From positions 44,394,001-44,458,000 of the forward strand of contig NW_024704742.1 in assembly GCF_018977255.1 (NCBI RefSeq): DNA of 64,000 bases, given 5' to 3'. Numbering within the stretch: position 1 is the stretch's first letter; the number at the start of each line of letters is the position of its first letter. Below the pieces are notes generated by a model, which was given only the letters and a program-made list of their open reading frames with translations, was not told where the DNA came from and did not search any database. This DNA is from Callorhinchus milii (Eukaryota). Positions 54,506-64,000 of this stretch are shown piece after piece. A program made the position numbers and the translations under genes.

Positions 54506-55455
54506 TCTGGTTTAAGTGTTTTCCTAGTGAATGTCCTCATACATTCTACAGATGAGTGGTTAGCTCAATTCTCATTTAGTGCCATTTGATTATTTTATTC
54601 CCTTAACTGTTTATCATCGTTCCAGATTTAAAGAAATGAAACGTCCAGTCCAATTATTCTTCATTAAAGCATAAAAACATGACTAGATTTTCACAAGTAT
54701 TTAATCAACCTTTAACTTTCCATCAGTTCTGTTTTCGTCTACAAACTTCTGTAGCAACAGGAGCTGCCACTGCGGGAGTAATTGAAACTCCGATGTCTAA
54801 GAATAGCTTGCTTACCAAAGCAAAATTAAGTTATTCGCAGTCTCCATTTATCCTTATCCGAGGAAAGCACTGTCCCATTCTGAATTCCTGAGGAGAATTC
54901 GTCAAGGTGACAAGGGCAGCCTGAAAGGGAGAGGTTTAGAAATAACTCTGCCAACTAATCGACCAGATATTTTAATTTTACTCAGCTGTATAAAATGTGG
55001 ACTTAGATGCCTAATATTTAAATTACTTCTCCGGTATTTGGAGTTATTGCCTAGCTTAGCTCAGCATAGTTGCAAAAAAGGTTTGGGCACACACTCTTTC
55101 TGGTAAACAAGCTATCTATTCTTCTCCTTTCTCTGAAATCAATTATATGATTGCAATAGTTGCATTTAATATAGTGCCTTATCATGTCTTCATGGAGTCT
55201 CAAAGCGTATCACAGGATTTCACTACAAAGTATAGTGATTGTGTATTTGTAGCTAGTGTGCTGGGACATTGCAGTGTGCAAATTGGTTGTTGTGTTGGCA
55301 CAGTCCTACATTTCACAGAGACAGCTCGACAATATGCTAAAATGCTACAGGAAATATTATCATTATTATATATACATGCAAGGAATATTATCATTATTAT
55401 ATATACAGCAAACCCCTCCACTTATTAAGTGATTCATTATAACACAGGTATGTCA

Positions 55456-55511
55456 ACAACAACAACAACAAGATTCCATTTATAGAGCGCCTTTCACGTC
55501 AGGAGGACGTC
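55456..55511 (-). mobile_element. Minimal young L2 tail insertion (~55 bp)
   Basis: caacaacaacaagattccatttatagagcgcctttcacgtcaggaggacgtc, near-identical to the young L2 terminus. Confidence 0.85.
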
Positions 55512-55689
55512 ATGGTTGTAGTGTGGACCTAACAAATCCAAAATTCAGACACCGGTTCTAGTAGTGTTCTGCCGGAGTGGGGAAGCAAAATGAATGACTT
55601 CTGCATGTAAATCATGCAGCATTTGCTGTTGGCAGTGACTTTTGGCTCTGTGTGCACTAGCTGGTGTTTTGTCTTCTGTGCACATGTGT

Positions 55690-56087
55690 AATGAATGGGA
55701 AAGCAAGATCGTAGTGCTAGTTGGGATTTTAATCACCGCAACTACTGCGTGATCCAAGGTGATACATTTCACACAGAATGTTAGAATCAAGCCAGCCCTC
55801 TGTAGTGGTTTTGGTATGGTAGTTGAGTTCCTGAGCCAGGCGGGTCCGCAGTATTCCAGGGCACTGCTGGTGACAACACAACCAGCCTGGCTCATCGGCA
55901 GGACCTGGGAGGGAAGAACAGTCACTGGGGGCAGGGAGTCTTCTCACACGGCTTCCGATCACCTTGCAAGCCCAAGCCCTAACAGATAGGGTGCTCTTAG
56001 CTGGACAAGTATCAGGAAAACTTGACAGACAGTGCCACACACAAGCTATGCGGTTTTAACTGGTTAGACTTGAGCAAACTCTGGGGT
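55690..56087 (+). mobile_element. Copy of the unclassified LINE-like family, truncated at 56087
   Basis: ttcctgagccaggcgggtccgcagtattccagggcactg is identical to 17019-17057. Confidence 0.8.
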
Positions 56088-56251
56088 CTGTGTAAAAGAA
56101 TGAAATCTAATCTGTGTTCACCTTCCCACTTATGAGCTCAAGTCTATATGTGTCCTGTTTTATCCACAGCCAACCCATTCTTAATTGGTTGCTTCTATGG
56201 ACTGGACCATGAGTGCAGGACCCACAGATACATGTTTATCCTTGCAGCACC
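56088..56251 (+). repeat. ~165-bp direct repeat, copy 1 (copy 2 at 58244-58407)
   Basis: ctgtgtaaaa.aatgaaatctaatctgtgttcaccttccc...ccttgcag.acc, few substitutions. Confidence 0.95.
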
Positions 56252-57100
56252 GAGTGCCGTGACAGCGGGTTCCCAGGGACGAACTGCCAGAGAAGCCATT
56301 CCATCTTTTTCCAAACCGCATTTGCAATCATACCAACACTCCAGGAAGAGGTGGTCCATGGTCTCCTTGCCTCTGCAGCCGGCCCGAAGGCAGCTCTGAC
56401 TGGCCCAGACCTCGATTGGCATCACGGCGGGCACTCACAGCGAAACCCACATTGAGTTGCCTGGAGGATCATAAACTCGGTAAAGGAGGCCTTTTTGCTC
56501 CCGAAACCAGGTGTTCTTCTGGCAGAATGAGGGAACGGTGAGGGTCTGCCTCAGGCTCGCGCACGGTAGGATCACGGTCTATGTACTGAGGGACAAGCTG
56601 AAGTTCGGTTCAACCGCCACAAAGGCCAGATGGGGCCTGACCCCAGCAGAAGCTGCTCCTGTGCAAACCGCTCAGGGCGCCCCCTACATAATCCATGAGT
56701 GCACCCAAAACTATGACTAAAATAAACATGAGGGTACCCATATAAATGAAGAGAGGGATGCTTGAGATGTAAACAAAGAGTGCCCTGAAAATGTAAGCAT
56801 GTGCGTATATGGAGAACATCGGGGCACCTTTCTAAAGTGGCAAATGCGCCTTCACAGGGTGTGTGCGGGTACTCACATGGATGTGGTGCACACAGGAGTG
56901 ACTCCTGACTGTTTTAAAGGGAGCGCCCGCAAAAAAACGTGTGCACAACCTGTTTGTGGTGAAGGGATGTATTGTAAAGAAAGGAATGCTTTTATATCAA
57001 GAGAAAGGGAAAAATGTAACAAAAAATGTTGTACATTGTGTTTGTTTTGATATATGTACTAAATATTATATTTATAAATAAATATATATTATTAGAAATA
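56252..57100 (+). mobile_element. Tx1/L1-clade LINE 3' end with an inverted 5' segment (56252-56428)
   Basis: Minus-strand CCHC knuckle CLRAGCRGKETMDHLFLEC; plus-strand WRIINSVKEA...CLRLAHGRITVYVLRDKLKFGSTATKARWG, then 3' UTR with AATAAA. Confidence 0.8.
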
Positions 57101-57186
57101 AATGCGTTGCGCAAATTGTTGCCTTCACCTACAAAATTAAAGATTCACCACACTTTACCATAACTATGTTCGTTTAACAACATAGT

Positions 57187-57258
57187 TATAATATTGAGCT
57201 ATCTCAAAGCACTTTGCCATAACTGTGGTAAAGTGCTTTGAGATAGTTCAATGTTATA
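57187..57258 (+). repeat. Inverted repeat, 34-bp arms, 4-nt loop
   Basis: tataatattgagctatctcaaagcactttgccat-aact-gtggtaaagtgctttgagatagttcaatgttata. Confidence 0.95.
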
Positions 57259-57769
57259 TGAACTGTATTAGTACAAGGATTGTTATCCGTAATCGTGATT
57301 CATAGAGATTGAAGGACTTATATTGAATCACAGGGAAAAATTCAGAAATACTATAATTGGTGAAATTTGTGGCCTCTCTATGATGCATTTGATGTAATAA
57401 TTATCATACTGAACTAACACACTTTGAAATACCACAAATTTCATCCCAAGTGGGAAGTTTACCAGCTGCTTAAAATTATTATACTAGGTAATACAATCAA
57501 TGAAATGGTGCTAAGTTTGACAAAACATGAAATTGTTCTCTATCCAACTGTTTTTAAGAATTACAAGGCACAAGGCAAACTCCAATTTACATGAACAGAG
57601 CAAAGTCTTAGCGATCGAATCAAAACCCATCTCGTTCAAGAATGTAAATGTACAAAGTGTAGAGTCACCTCACAGCACAGCAGCCACCAATCTTTAAAAA
57701 TATTAGGTTTCGAACAAGAAAAGTAAGAGATCCTGCATGCAGATATCTGCAAAATAACTGTTTCAAATA

Positions 57770-57950
57770 GAACCATAGAAATGCATGACACAGAAGGAGG
57801 CCATTCAGCCCATGTTTTCATGTCAGCATTTGCTCCTCCAAGAAATCATCCATCTTAATCTCAATTTCCTGCTGTTTCCCCACACCTTCTGATACCCTTT
57901 CTCTTTCCATGTGCTTGTTCAATTCTTTTTAAATTTCCCAGATGGTTTCA
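57770..57950 (-). mobile_element. Old CR1 3' end
   Basis: atagaaccatagaaatgcatgacacagaaggaggccattcagccc. Confidence 0.65.
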
Positions 57951-58243
57951 ATACAATGAAAATGAATGAATCCGAGTGCTTGACGGATTTTGCCTATTCG
58001 CTTTCTGGTAGAGAATTAGTCAAAGTGCTGAGCATGGCTAGCTACAGTCCCACGAAAGAAACCTAGGAATCTACAGGACCAGTGTGGTCCATCGCAATGG
58101 TTTCAAAGTTAAATAAATAATGCAGCACTACTCTAGTTCTCATAGTTCTACAACAATTTCTTTGCCAAATAGCTGTATAATTCCACTCTTGACCCAATTT
58201 GTCTACCGAACTGCCTCCCTGGGTGATCCATTCCACAATTTCA

Positions 58244-58407
58244 CTGTGTAAAATAATGAAATCTAATCTGTGTTCACCTTCCCACTTATGAGCTCAAGTC
58301 TGTATGTGTGCTGTTTTATCCACAGCCAACCCATTCTTAATTGGTTGCTTCTATGGATTGGACCATGAGTGCAGAAACCACAGATATATGTTGATCCTTG
58401 CAGTACC
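58244..58407 (+). repeat. ~165-bp direct repeat, copy 2
   Basis: Matches 56088-56251. Confidence 0.95.
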
Positions 58408-59037
58408 CCAGTGACTGTTCTGTGAAAGAACAAGTGGGATCTGGCAACTGGACATATCACAGTCAGTGTTCTATCATGTAGATTGCATGTTAACTTGATA
58501 CTCTTGGAAGTTTTACTTGTGGCTATTCATCTCCATCGGAATACTAAATACTTTCAGGGAGCATCTAAGACAACGCAACGTGCATGAATTCTGCAGCGAT
58601 ATGATAGTATTGCTCTCACATAGATTTACTGGATGTAATCATGTGAAAAAGTTGAACGGATTATGATAAAACAACAGGTGAAATATGACTGTGGCTCTGC
58701 TTTGCCCTACAGCAGCAGAACAAGGCTGTACCTCAATTACGTTGACTCAATAGATAATTTACAAGCAAGCCAAATGTCACCAAGGTCATCGTTTGCATCA
58801 ACGTTTCGTGACACCAGTTAAAAAGATATATCAGGCGAGGTCATCAATACCCTTCCCCACACCATCCCTTCTAACATTGAACACGTCTTAAAGGGGAAAT
58901 AATGTCTTATTCAAAGTATTAATCCAAAAAATATGATCTCTAAAAGTGTCTCCTTGCACTAGGCTGCAATTGTACCAATTGTTTTGAGGGGGAACTTCCT
59001 ACGCCCTAAACTGACTTCATTGATATTAATGAATGAG

Positions 59038-59736
59038 GTGAGTACAGGAGTACAGGAGACTAAAAGAGCACGTTTTGTGATAGTTGCCTAGCACTCTATT
59101 CTTTGGTTCAACTTGTTGCACAGATCATACAGCATTTTGTTATTACGTTCTGAAAGTTTAGTGAGTCACTACTGTTTGTTAAGGCGTTTAACTTGCATTA
59201 TTATATTTAACCTTCACTTGGATAAATGAAGTTACTTTTGGGTAAAAAATACAATGAAGAAGTGTAACAATGCTTCAGCTCAAACTAGGTTTAATACATC
59301 TAATACCCAACACCGCTTTTTTTCAAAATTAACATATAATTTTGTGCCTGTTACATTTTGAGAATTCTTGCATTTGAGATTGTTGTTAAATATGTGCTTT
59401 ATGCTATATATTGTGGGTGATATTGTGACATCATTACATCTGTGTAAATGTAGCATTTGGTGCCCTATCAAGATTTTGCGCATACATTTTTTTACAAGTC
59501 TGTTGTCTCATTCAATAATCTCTCAGTGGTGGGAGCTGAATTGCAAAATGAAGATACATGTTTCAGTATTGCGAATGTCATATTAAATTCATAATTTACT
59601 CTGACATTCAATGTCATTGCAAATTTAAATTGAATAAGAAAATACTGTATAACCTGTGCAACAAGTTGAAACAGAGGTTAGAGTGTTAGGCAAGTATCAC
59701 AAGATGTATTCTTTTATTCTCACCTCCAGTACTCAC
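59038..59736. mobile_element. MITE/foldback-like element with ~105-bp terminal inverted repeats
   Basis: 59038-59144 is the reverse complement of 59633-59736 (e.g. ttcaacttgttgcacag / ctgtgcaacaagttgaa). Confidence 0.75.
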
Positions 59737-59972
59737 GTTGTTCGCAGCAGAATTTTCAAATCCCTGCAGACCAAGCCATGAAGATCAGTGAATCAGCAAC
59801 AATTAAGTCACCATTAGCTTTGCATACAAGAGAACCAATTACCATTCCCAATTTCTCCACTGTTAATCCTTCAACTGTTCCCAGGATCCAATCTGTTGAG
59901 ATTGTGAACATTTATGCTAACTTTTTCAGGAAAAAAACTTTCATTCTTTAACTTTTGCAACACCGCAAACAT

Positions 59973-62900
59973 CAACAACAACAACAACAAGATTCCATTT
60001 ATAAAGCGCCTTTCACGTCAGGAGGACGTCCCAAGGCGCTGCACAGTTGGGTCATGACCCGAGCAGGGGGGAAATGGTCAGGGTGAGGGAAGGGGAGGGA
60101 GCGAGGAGGGGGGAAATGGTCAGGGTGAGGGGAGGGAAGGGAGGGAGCGAGAAGGGGGAAGAGAGTCGAGAGGGGAGCTGAAGGCTCGGTCAAAGAGAAA
60201 GGTTTTGAGACCGGCCTTGAAGGAGGAAAGGGAGGAAGCAAGGCGAAGGCACTGGGGGATAGAGTTCCAGAGCCTCGGGGCTGAGAGGCTGAAGGCCCGA
60301 CCACCGATGGTAGGGCGATTGGGGCGGGGGACGTGGAGCAGACCGGAGCCAGAGGAACGGAGGGTACGGGCAGGTAGGTAGGGGGATAGTAGGTTGGAGA
60401 GGTAGGAGGGAGCAAGGCCGTGAATGGCCTTGTAGGTGAGGATGAGGATCTTGAAATCAATCCTCTGGGGGATGGGGAGCCAGTGGAGGCGAGCGAGGGT
60501 GGGAGTGATGTGGTCCCGAAGCCTGGTGCGGGACAGTACACGAGCTGCAGAGTTCTGAATGACCTGCAGCTTGTGGAGGGAGGTGGCGGGAAGGCCGGCG
60601 AGGAGAGAGTTCCCATAGTCCAGCCTTGAGGTGACAAAGGCGTGGACCAGGGTTTCAGCAGCGTGAGGGGTGAGGTAGTGCCGTAGTCTGGCGATGTTCC
60701 GGAGGTGATGGAAGGCGGTGCCAGTTGTGGTGCGGATGTGAGGGAGAAAGGACAGCTCAGGGTCGAACAAAACGCCGAGGTTCCTGACTGGCTTTGAGAG
60801 GTGGAGAGTGCAGCCTTGGATGCTGATGGTGTCAGCGCCTGAGGTGCGGAGGCGCTGACGTGAGCCAATCAGGAGGGCCTCGGTTTTTCGCACGTTGAGC
60901 TGAAGAAAGTTGTCTCTCGTCCAGGACTCGATGTCGGACAGGCAGCTGTCAGGACATCGGTGGTCGTGGAGTTGAGAGTAGAGGAGGAAAGGTAGAGTTG
61001 GGTGTCATCCGCATACATGTGGAAGTTAACTCCATGTCTGCGGATGATGTCACCAAGGGGGAGCATATAGAGGGTGAAGAGGAGGGGACCGAGGACAGAG
61101 CCCTGAGGGACACCACATGAGACAGTACGGGGGGTGGAGGAGAAGCCATTCGTCGAGACAAAGTGAAGACGGTGAGAAAGGTACGACCTAAACCATTCAA
61201 GGACAGTGCCTTGAAGGTTGAGGTGGGAGGACAAGCGGTGGAGTAGGATAGCGTGGTCGACCGTATCGAATGCTGCCGATAGGTCGAGGAGGACGAGGAG
61301 GCAGAGGGAGCCCTGGTCACAGATGGTCAGGATATCATTGGTGACCTTGACCAGGGCAGTTTCTGTGCTATGGGCAGCACGGAAACCTGACTGAAGGGGT
61401 TCAAAAAGAGAATGGGTGGAAAGGAAAGAGCGCAGTTGGGAGGCGACAACTCTTTCCAAGACCTTGGAGAGAAAGGGGAGGTTGGAGATGGGCCGGTAGC
61501 TTGATAGCTGCGACGCATCAAGGGAGGGTTTTTTCAGGGTGGGCGTGATGGTGGCAGTTTTTAATGGAATGGGGACAGAGCCAGAGGAGAGGGACAGGTT
61601 GATGATGTCAGTGATATGTGGGGCAAGAAAGTGGAGCTGGGAGATAAGGAGTGGAGTGGGGATGGGGTCAAGGGAGCAGGTGGTTGGTTTTAGGGATAGG
61701 ATGAGTTCAGTGACAGAGGGTGGGGAAACGGGTACGAAAGTGTGTAGGGGAGGATGGGTAGGAGTCGGAGTGTGGGAGGGAGGGGGTGGGGGGTTGGTGG
61801 AAGTTGGAGGGGAAGTGACCGCGGAGCGGATTCCCTTGATCTTGGATTCAAGGAAATCCAGCATCTCCTCGCAGTGAAGGTTGGAGGAGATGACCTGCGC
61901 GGGGTGGCGGGGGGGACGGAGGAGTCGGGTTGTGGTGGAAAACAGTAGCCTGGGGTTGTTCTTCGCCTCCAGGATTATCCTGGAGTAGAAGGACGACTTG
62001 GCCGAGGCTAGAGTGGAGCGGTAAATTTTGAGGAGGTCCAGCCAGATTTGTCGGTGGACCGTTAGGCCAGATTTGACACAGGTGCGTTCAGCAGCCCGCA
62101 CCTGGCTTTTCAGTGAGCGGAGGTGGGTGGTGTACCAGGGGGAGGAGCGGGAGTAGGAGACAGTGCGGGAAGTGATGGGGGCAAGAGTATCGAGTGTGGA
62201 GGAGAGGGTATTGTGGAGGAGGGAGAGAGGAGAAGAGGGGTCGGTGAGGGTTGAAGGCCAGAGGGAGAGGAGTTCAGAGGACTCCAAGGCATCGGTTAGG
62301 GATTGTGGGGGTAACTTCTTCCAAGGGCGGTAGAAGATGGTGGTGGGTCTGGTGGAGGTGGGGAGGGGGGTGGAGGTGGTGAAGGAGATGAAGTAGTGGT
62401 CAGAGATGGCCTTGTCGGTAATAGTGACATCCGAGACACTGAGGCCCCGGGTGATCACCAAATCGAGTGGGTGGCCGTGACTGTGAGTGGGGGAGTTTAT
62501 GTGTAAGGAGAGGTTGAGTGAGGAGAGCAGGGAAGAGAAGTCTGTGGAGATGGAGCAGGAGGGGGTGAAGTGTAGGTTAAAGTCGCCCAGGATGATGAGG
62601 CGATCAGAGCAGAGGCAAAGAGATGTGAGGAGTGTTGAAATGTCAGAGATGAAGGTGGGAGAGGTTTTAGGGGGCCGGTAGAGGAGGAGGATTTTAAGGG
62701 AGAGGAATGAGGGGTGGGAGAGGGTGAGGTGCTCAAAGGAGGGGAAAGAGCCAGTGGAGTAGGGGATAGGGCAAGTGGTGTCCTTGAGATAAGGGCAACA
62801 CCACCGCCACGGCGGTTGGGGCGGGGGATGTGGTGGGAGGTGTAGCCGGGTGGCGTGGCCTCCGTGAGGGGGAAGGTGTCGCCTGGGGTGAGCCAGGTTT

Positions 62901-63490
62901 CTGTTAAGGCCATGATATCAACGTTCTCATCAAGGATGAGATCGTTGATGACCAGGGCCTTGTTGCAGAGGGAGCGGACATTTTGCAGTCCGATGTGGAG
63001 GGAGCGGTTGACAGAAGGGTGTGTGGGAGGGGAGGGGGTCCAGGTTGTGAGGCAGGGGTGGGGGAATGGGGATGAGGGAGGAGAGGTTGACTCCCCGGGT
63101 CTGTGTCCGGGGTGGGTGGCGAGTGTGGTGGGGAATGGGGCAGTCGGTGTGGCTGCTGCTGGACAGCCAACGCCGAGTGCCGCGGTGAGCCCGGCGGAGG
63201 ATTCCCAGGCTGGAACAGAGGGAGGTTGTGGGAGGGTCAAGTGGGGATAGAAGACGAGAGGGACGGAGAGAGAGGAGGAGAGAGCGGGAGAGATGCAGAG
63301 GGGGGAGGGTTTGGGGGGAGAGAGGAGGGGGGAGGGAGGGGGTGAGGGGGGGAGGGTCAAAGCGGCAGCCATAGTGCGCACGCGGGGACCGGGAGCGAGC
63401 GGTCAGGTGGATGGCATTATCCCGTAGATTGGGGCAGCGAACGCAACAGGACCATAGTGGGCTCTGATGTGAGCCCTGGGGGGGGGCAGA
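59973..63490 (-). mobile_element. Near full-length L2-clade non-LTR retrotransposon (single ORF: APE endonuclease + RT), young subfamily
   Basis: APE motifs GLQNVRSLCNK, ALTETWL, ILGDFN, HPLDL, SDH. RT motifs [42 protein letters not shown]2 C-terminus SRLDYGN...LHWLPI..RI.FKI. 3' stem-loop plus (TTG)n tail. Confidence 0.95.
60120..63372 (-). pseudogene. L2 endonuclease/reverse transcriptase ORF, frameshifted as assembled (~1085 aa if restored)
   Basis: Track ORFs 62497-63381, 60869-62461 and 60120-60893 join by -1 shifts near 62763 and 60944. Further shifts are inferred in the C-rich N-terminal region. No in-frame stops in the joined path. Confidence 0.85.
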
Positions 63491-64000
63491 GGGTTTTTTT
63501 TTTTTTTTTTTGCGCGCGCACGCACCTGAAAACTAATCTATGACGTCAGCATGAATGTGTTCCAGTTAGCTTGGCACCATCGCTGCTTTTTAAAAAAAAA
63601 TCCATATCAGTGTAGGATTAGACAAGAATTGACAATGGGCAGTCATTGTGCAACATGTTAATCTGCAGATCTAAATGAATAAATGTATTTGATTGTGTTT
63701 TTCTCTTTTAGAAGGCTTCAGAGGCTATGCTCTGGAGCCATAGGTCATGATCCCAAGGGCAGAAAAAAGCTCCCCTGCCAACATAAAGAGTGATAAAATG
63801 ATTTGAAGCAAAGGACAAATAAAAGTTGTCCAAATTAAAATGAAGTAGTACAAACAAGTGTCGGTGTTATTTGCTGGTGGGTAGGAGGAGTAGACTACCC
63901 CACTCAGTTTAGCATCCAATGTTTGCTTGTTCCACATGACTTCCTAAATAAGGTTCTCAACTTATGATGCTGAAGTGAGTATTTTTTTCTTTTCTAAGGA

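Noticed and set aside
59999..60868. 289-aa Pro/Ser-rich ORF (and similar ORFs at 6258, 23365 and on the opposite strand)
   Set aside because: Alternative frames of C-rich L2 sequence, which is poor in stop codons.
59950..63540. Target-site duplication around the full-length L2
   Set aside because: No matching flanking direct repeat found by eye.

Overview
Repeat-dense vertebrate DNA, intronic or intergenic. The repeat mix (L2 with a (TTG)n tail, CR1, Tx1-type LINE, tRNA-head Deu-domain SINEs, an LF-SINE-like copy) suggests a cartilaginous fish such as a chimaera; this is inference from recalled repeat families. I found no host protein-coding exon that I can support, and the recognisable ORFs are retroelement fragments. 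The main element is a near full-length, single-ORF L2 retrotransposon at about 59973-63490 (-) whose reading frame appears to be broken only by 1-nt losses in C runs, so it may be intact. Other notable structures: a Tx1-type insertion with a 5' inversion next to a ~165-bp local duplication; a 34-bp hairpin that pairs fully as + strand RNA; a small composite Helitron; an unclassified CCHC-bearing LINE-like family with 5 copies; several nested insertions; two inverted-repeat (MITE-like) families; and a 39-bp minisatellite inside a probable solo LTR. I see no clear evidence for a wholly new biological system. Family names come from motif recognition, not database searches, and boundaries of old repeats are approximate.
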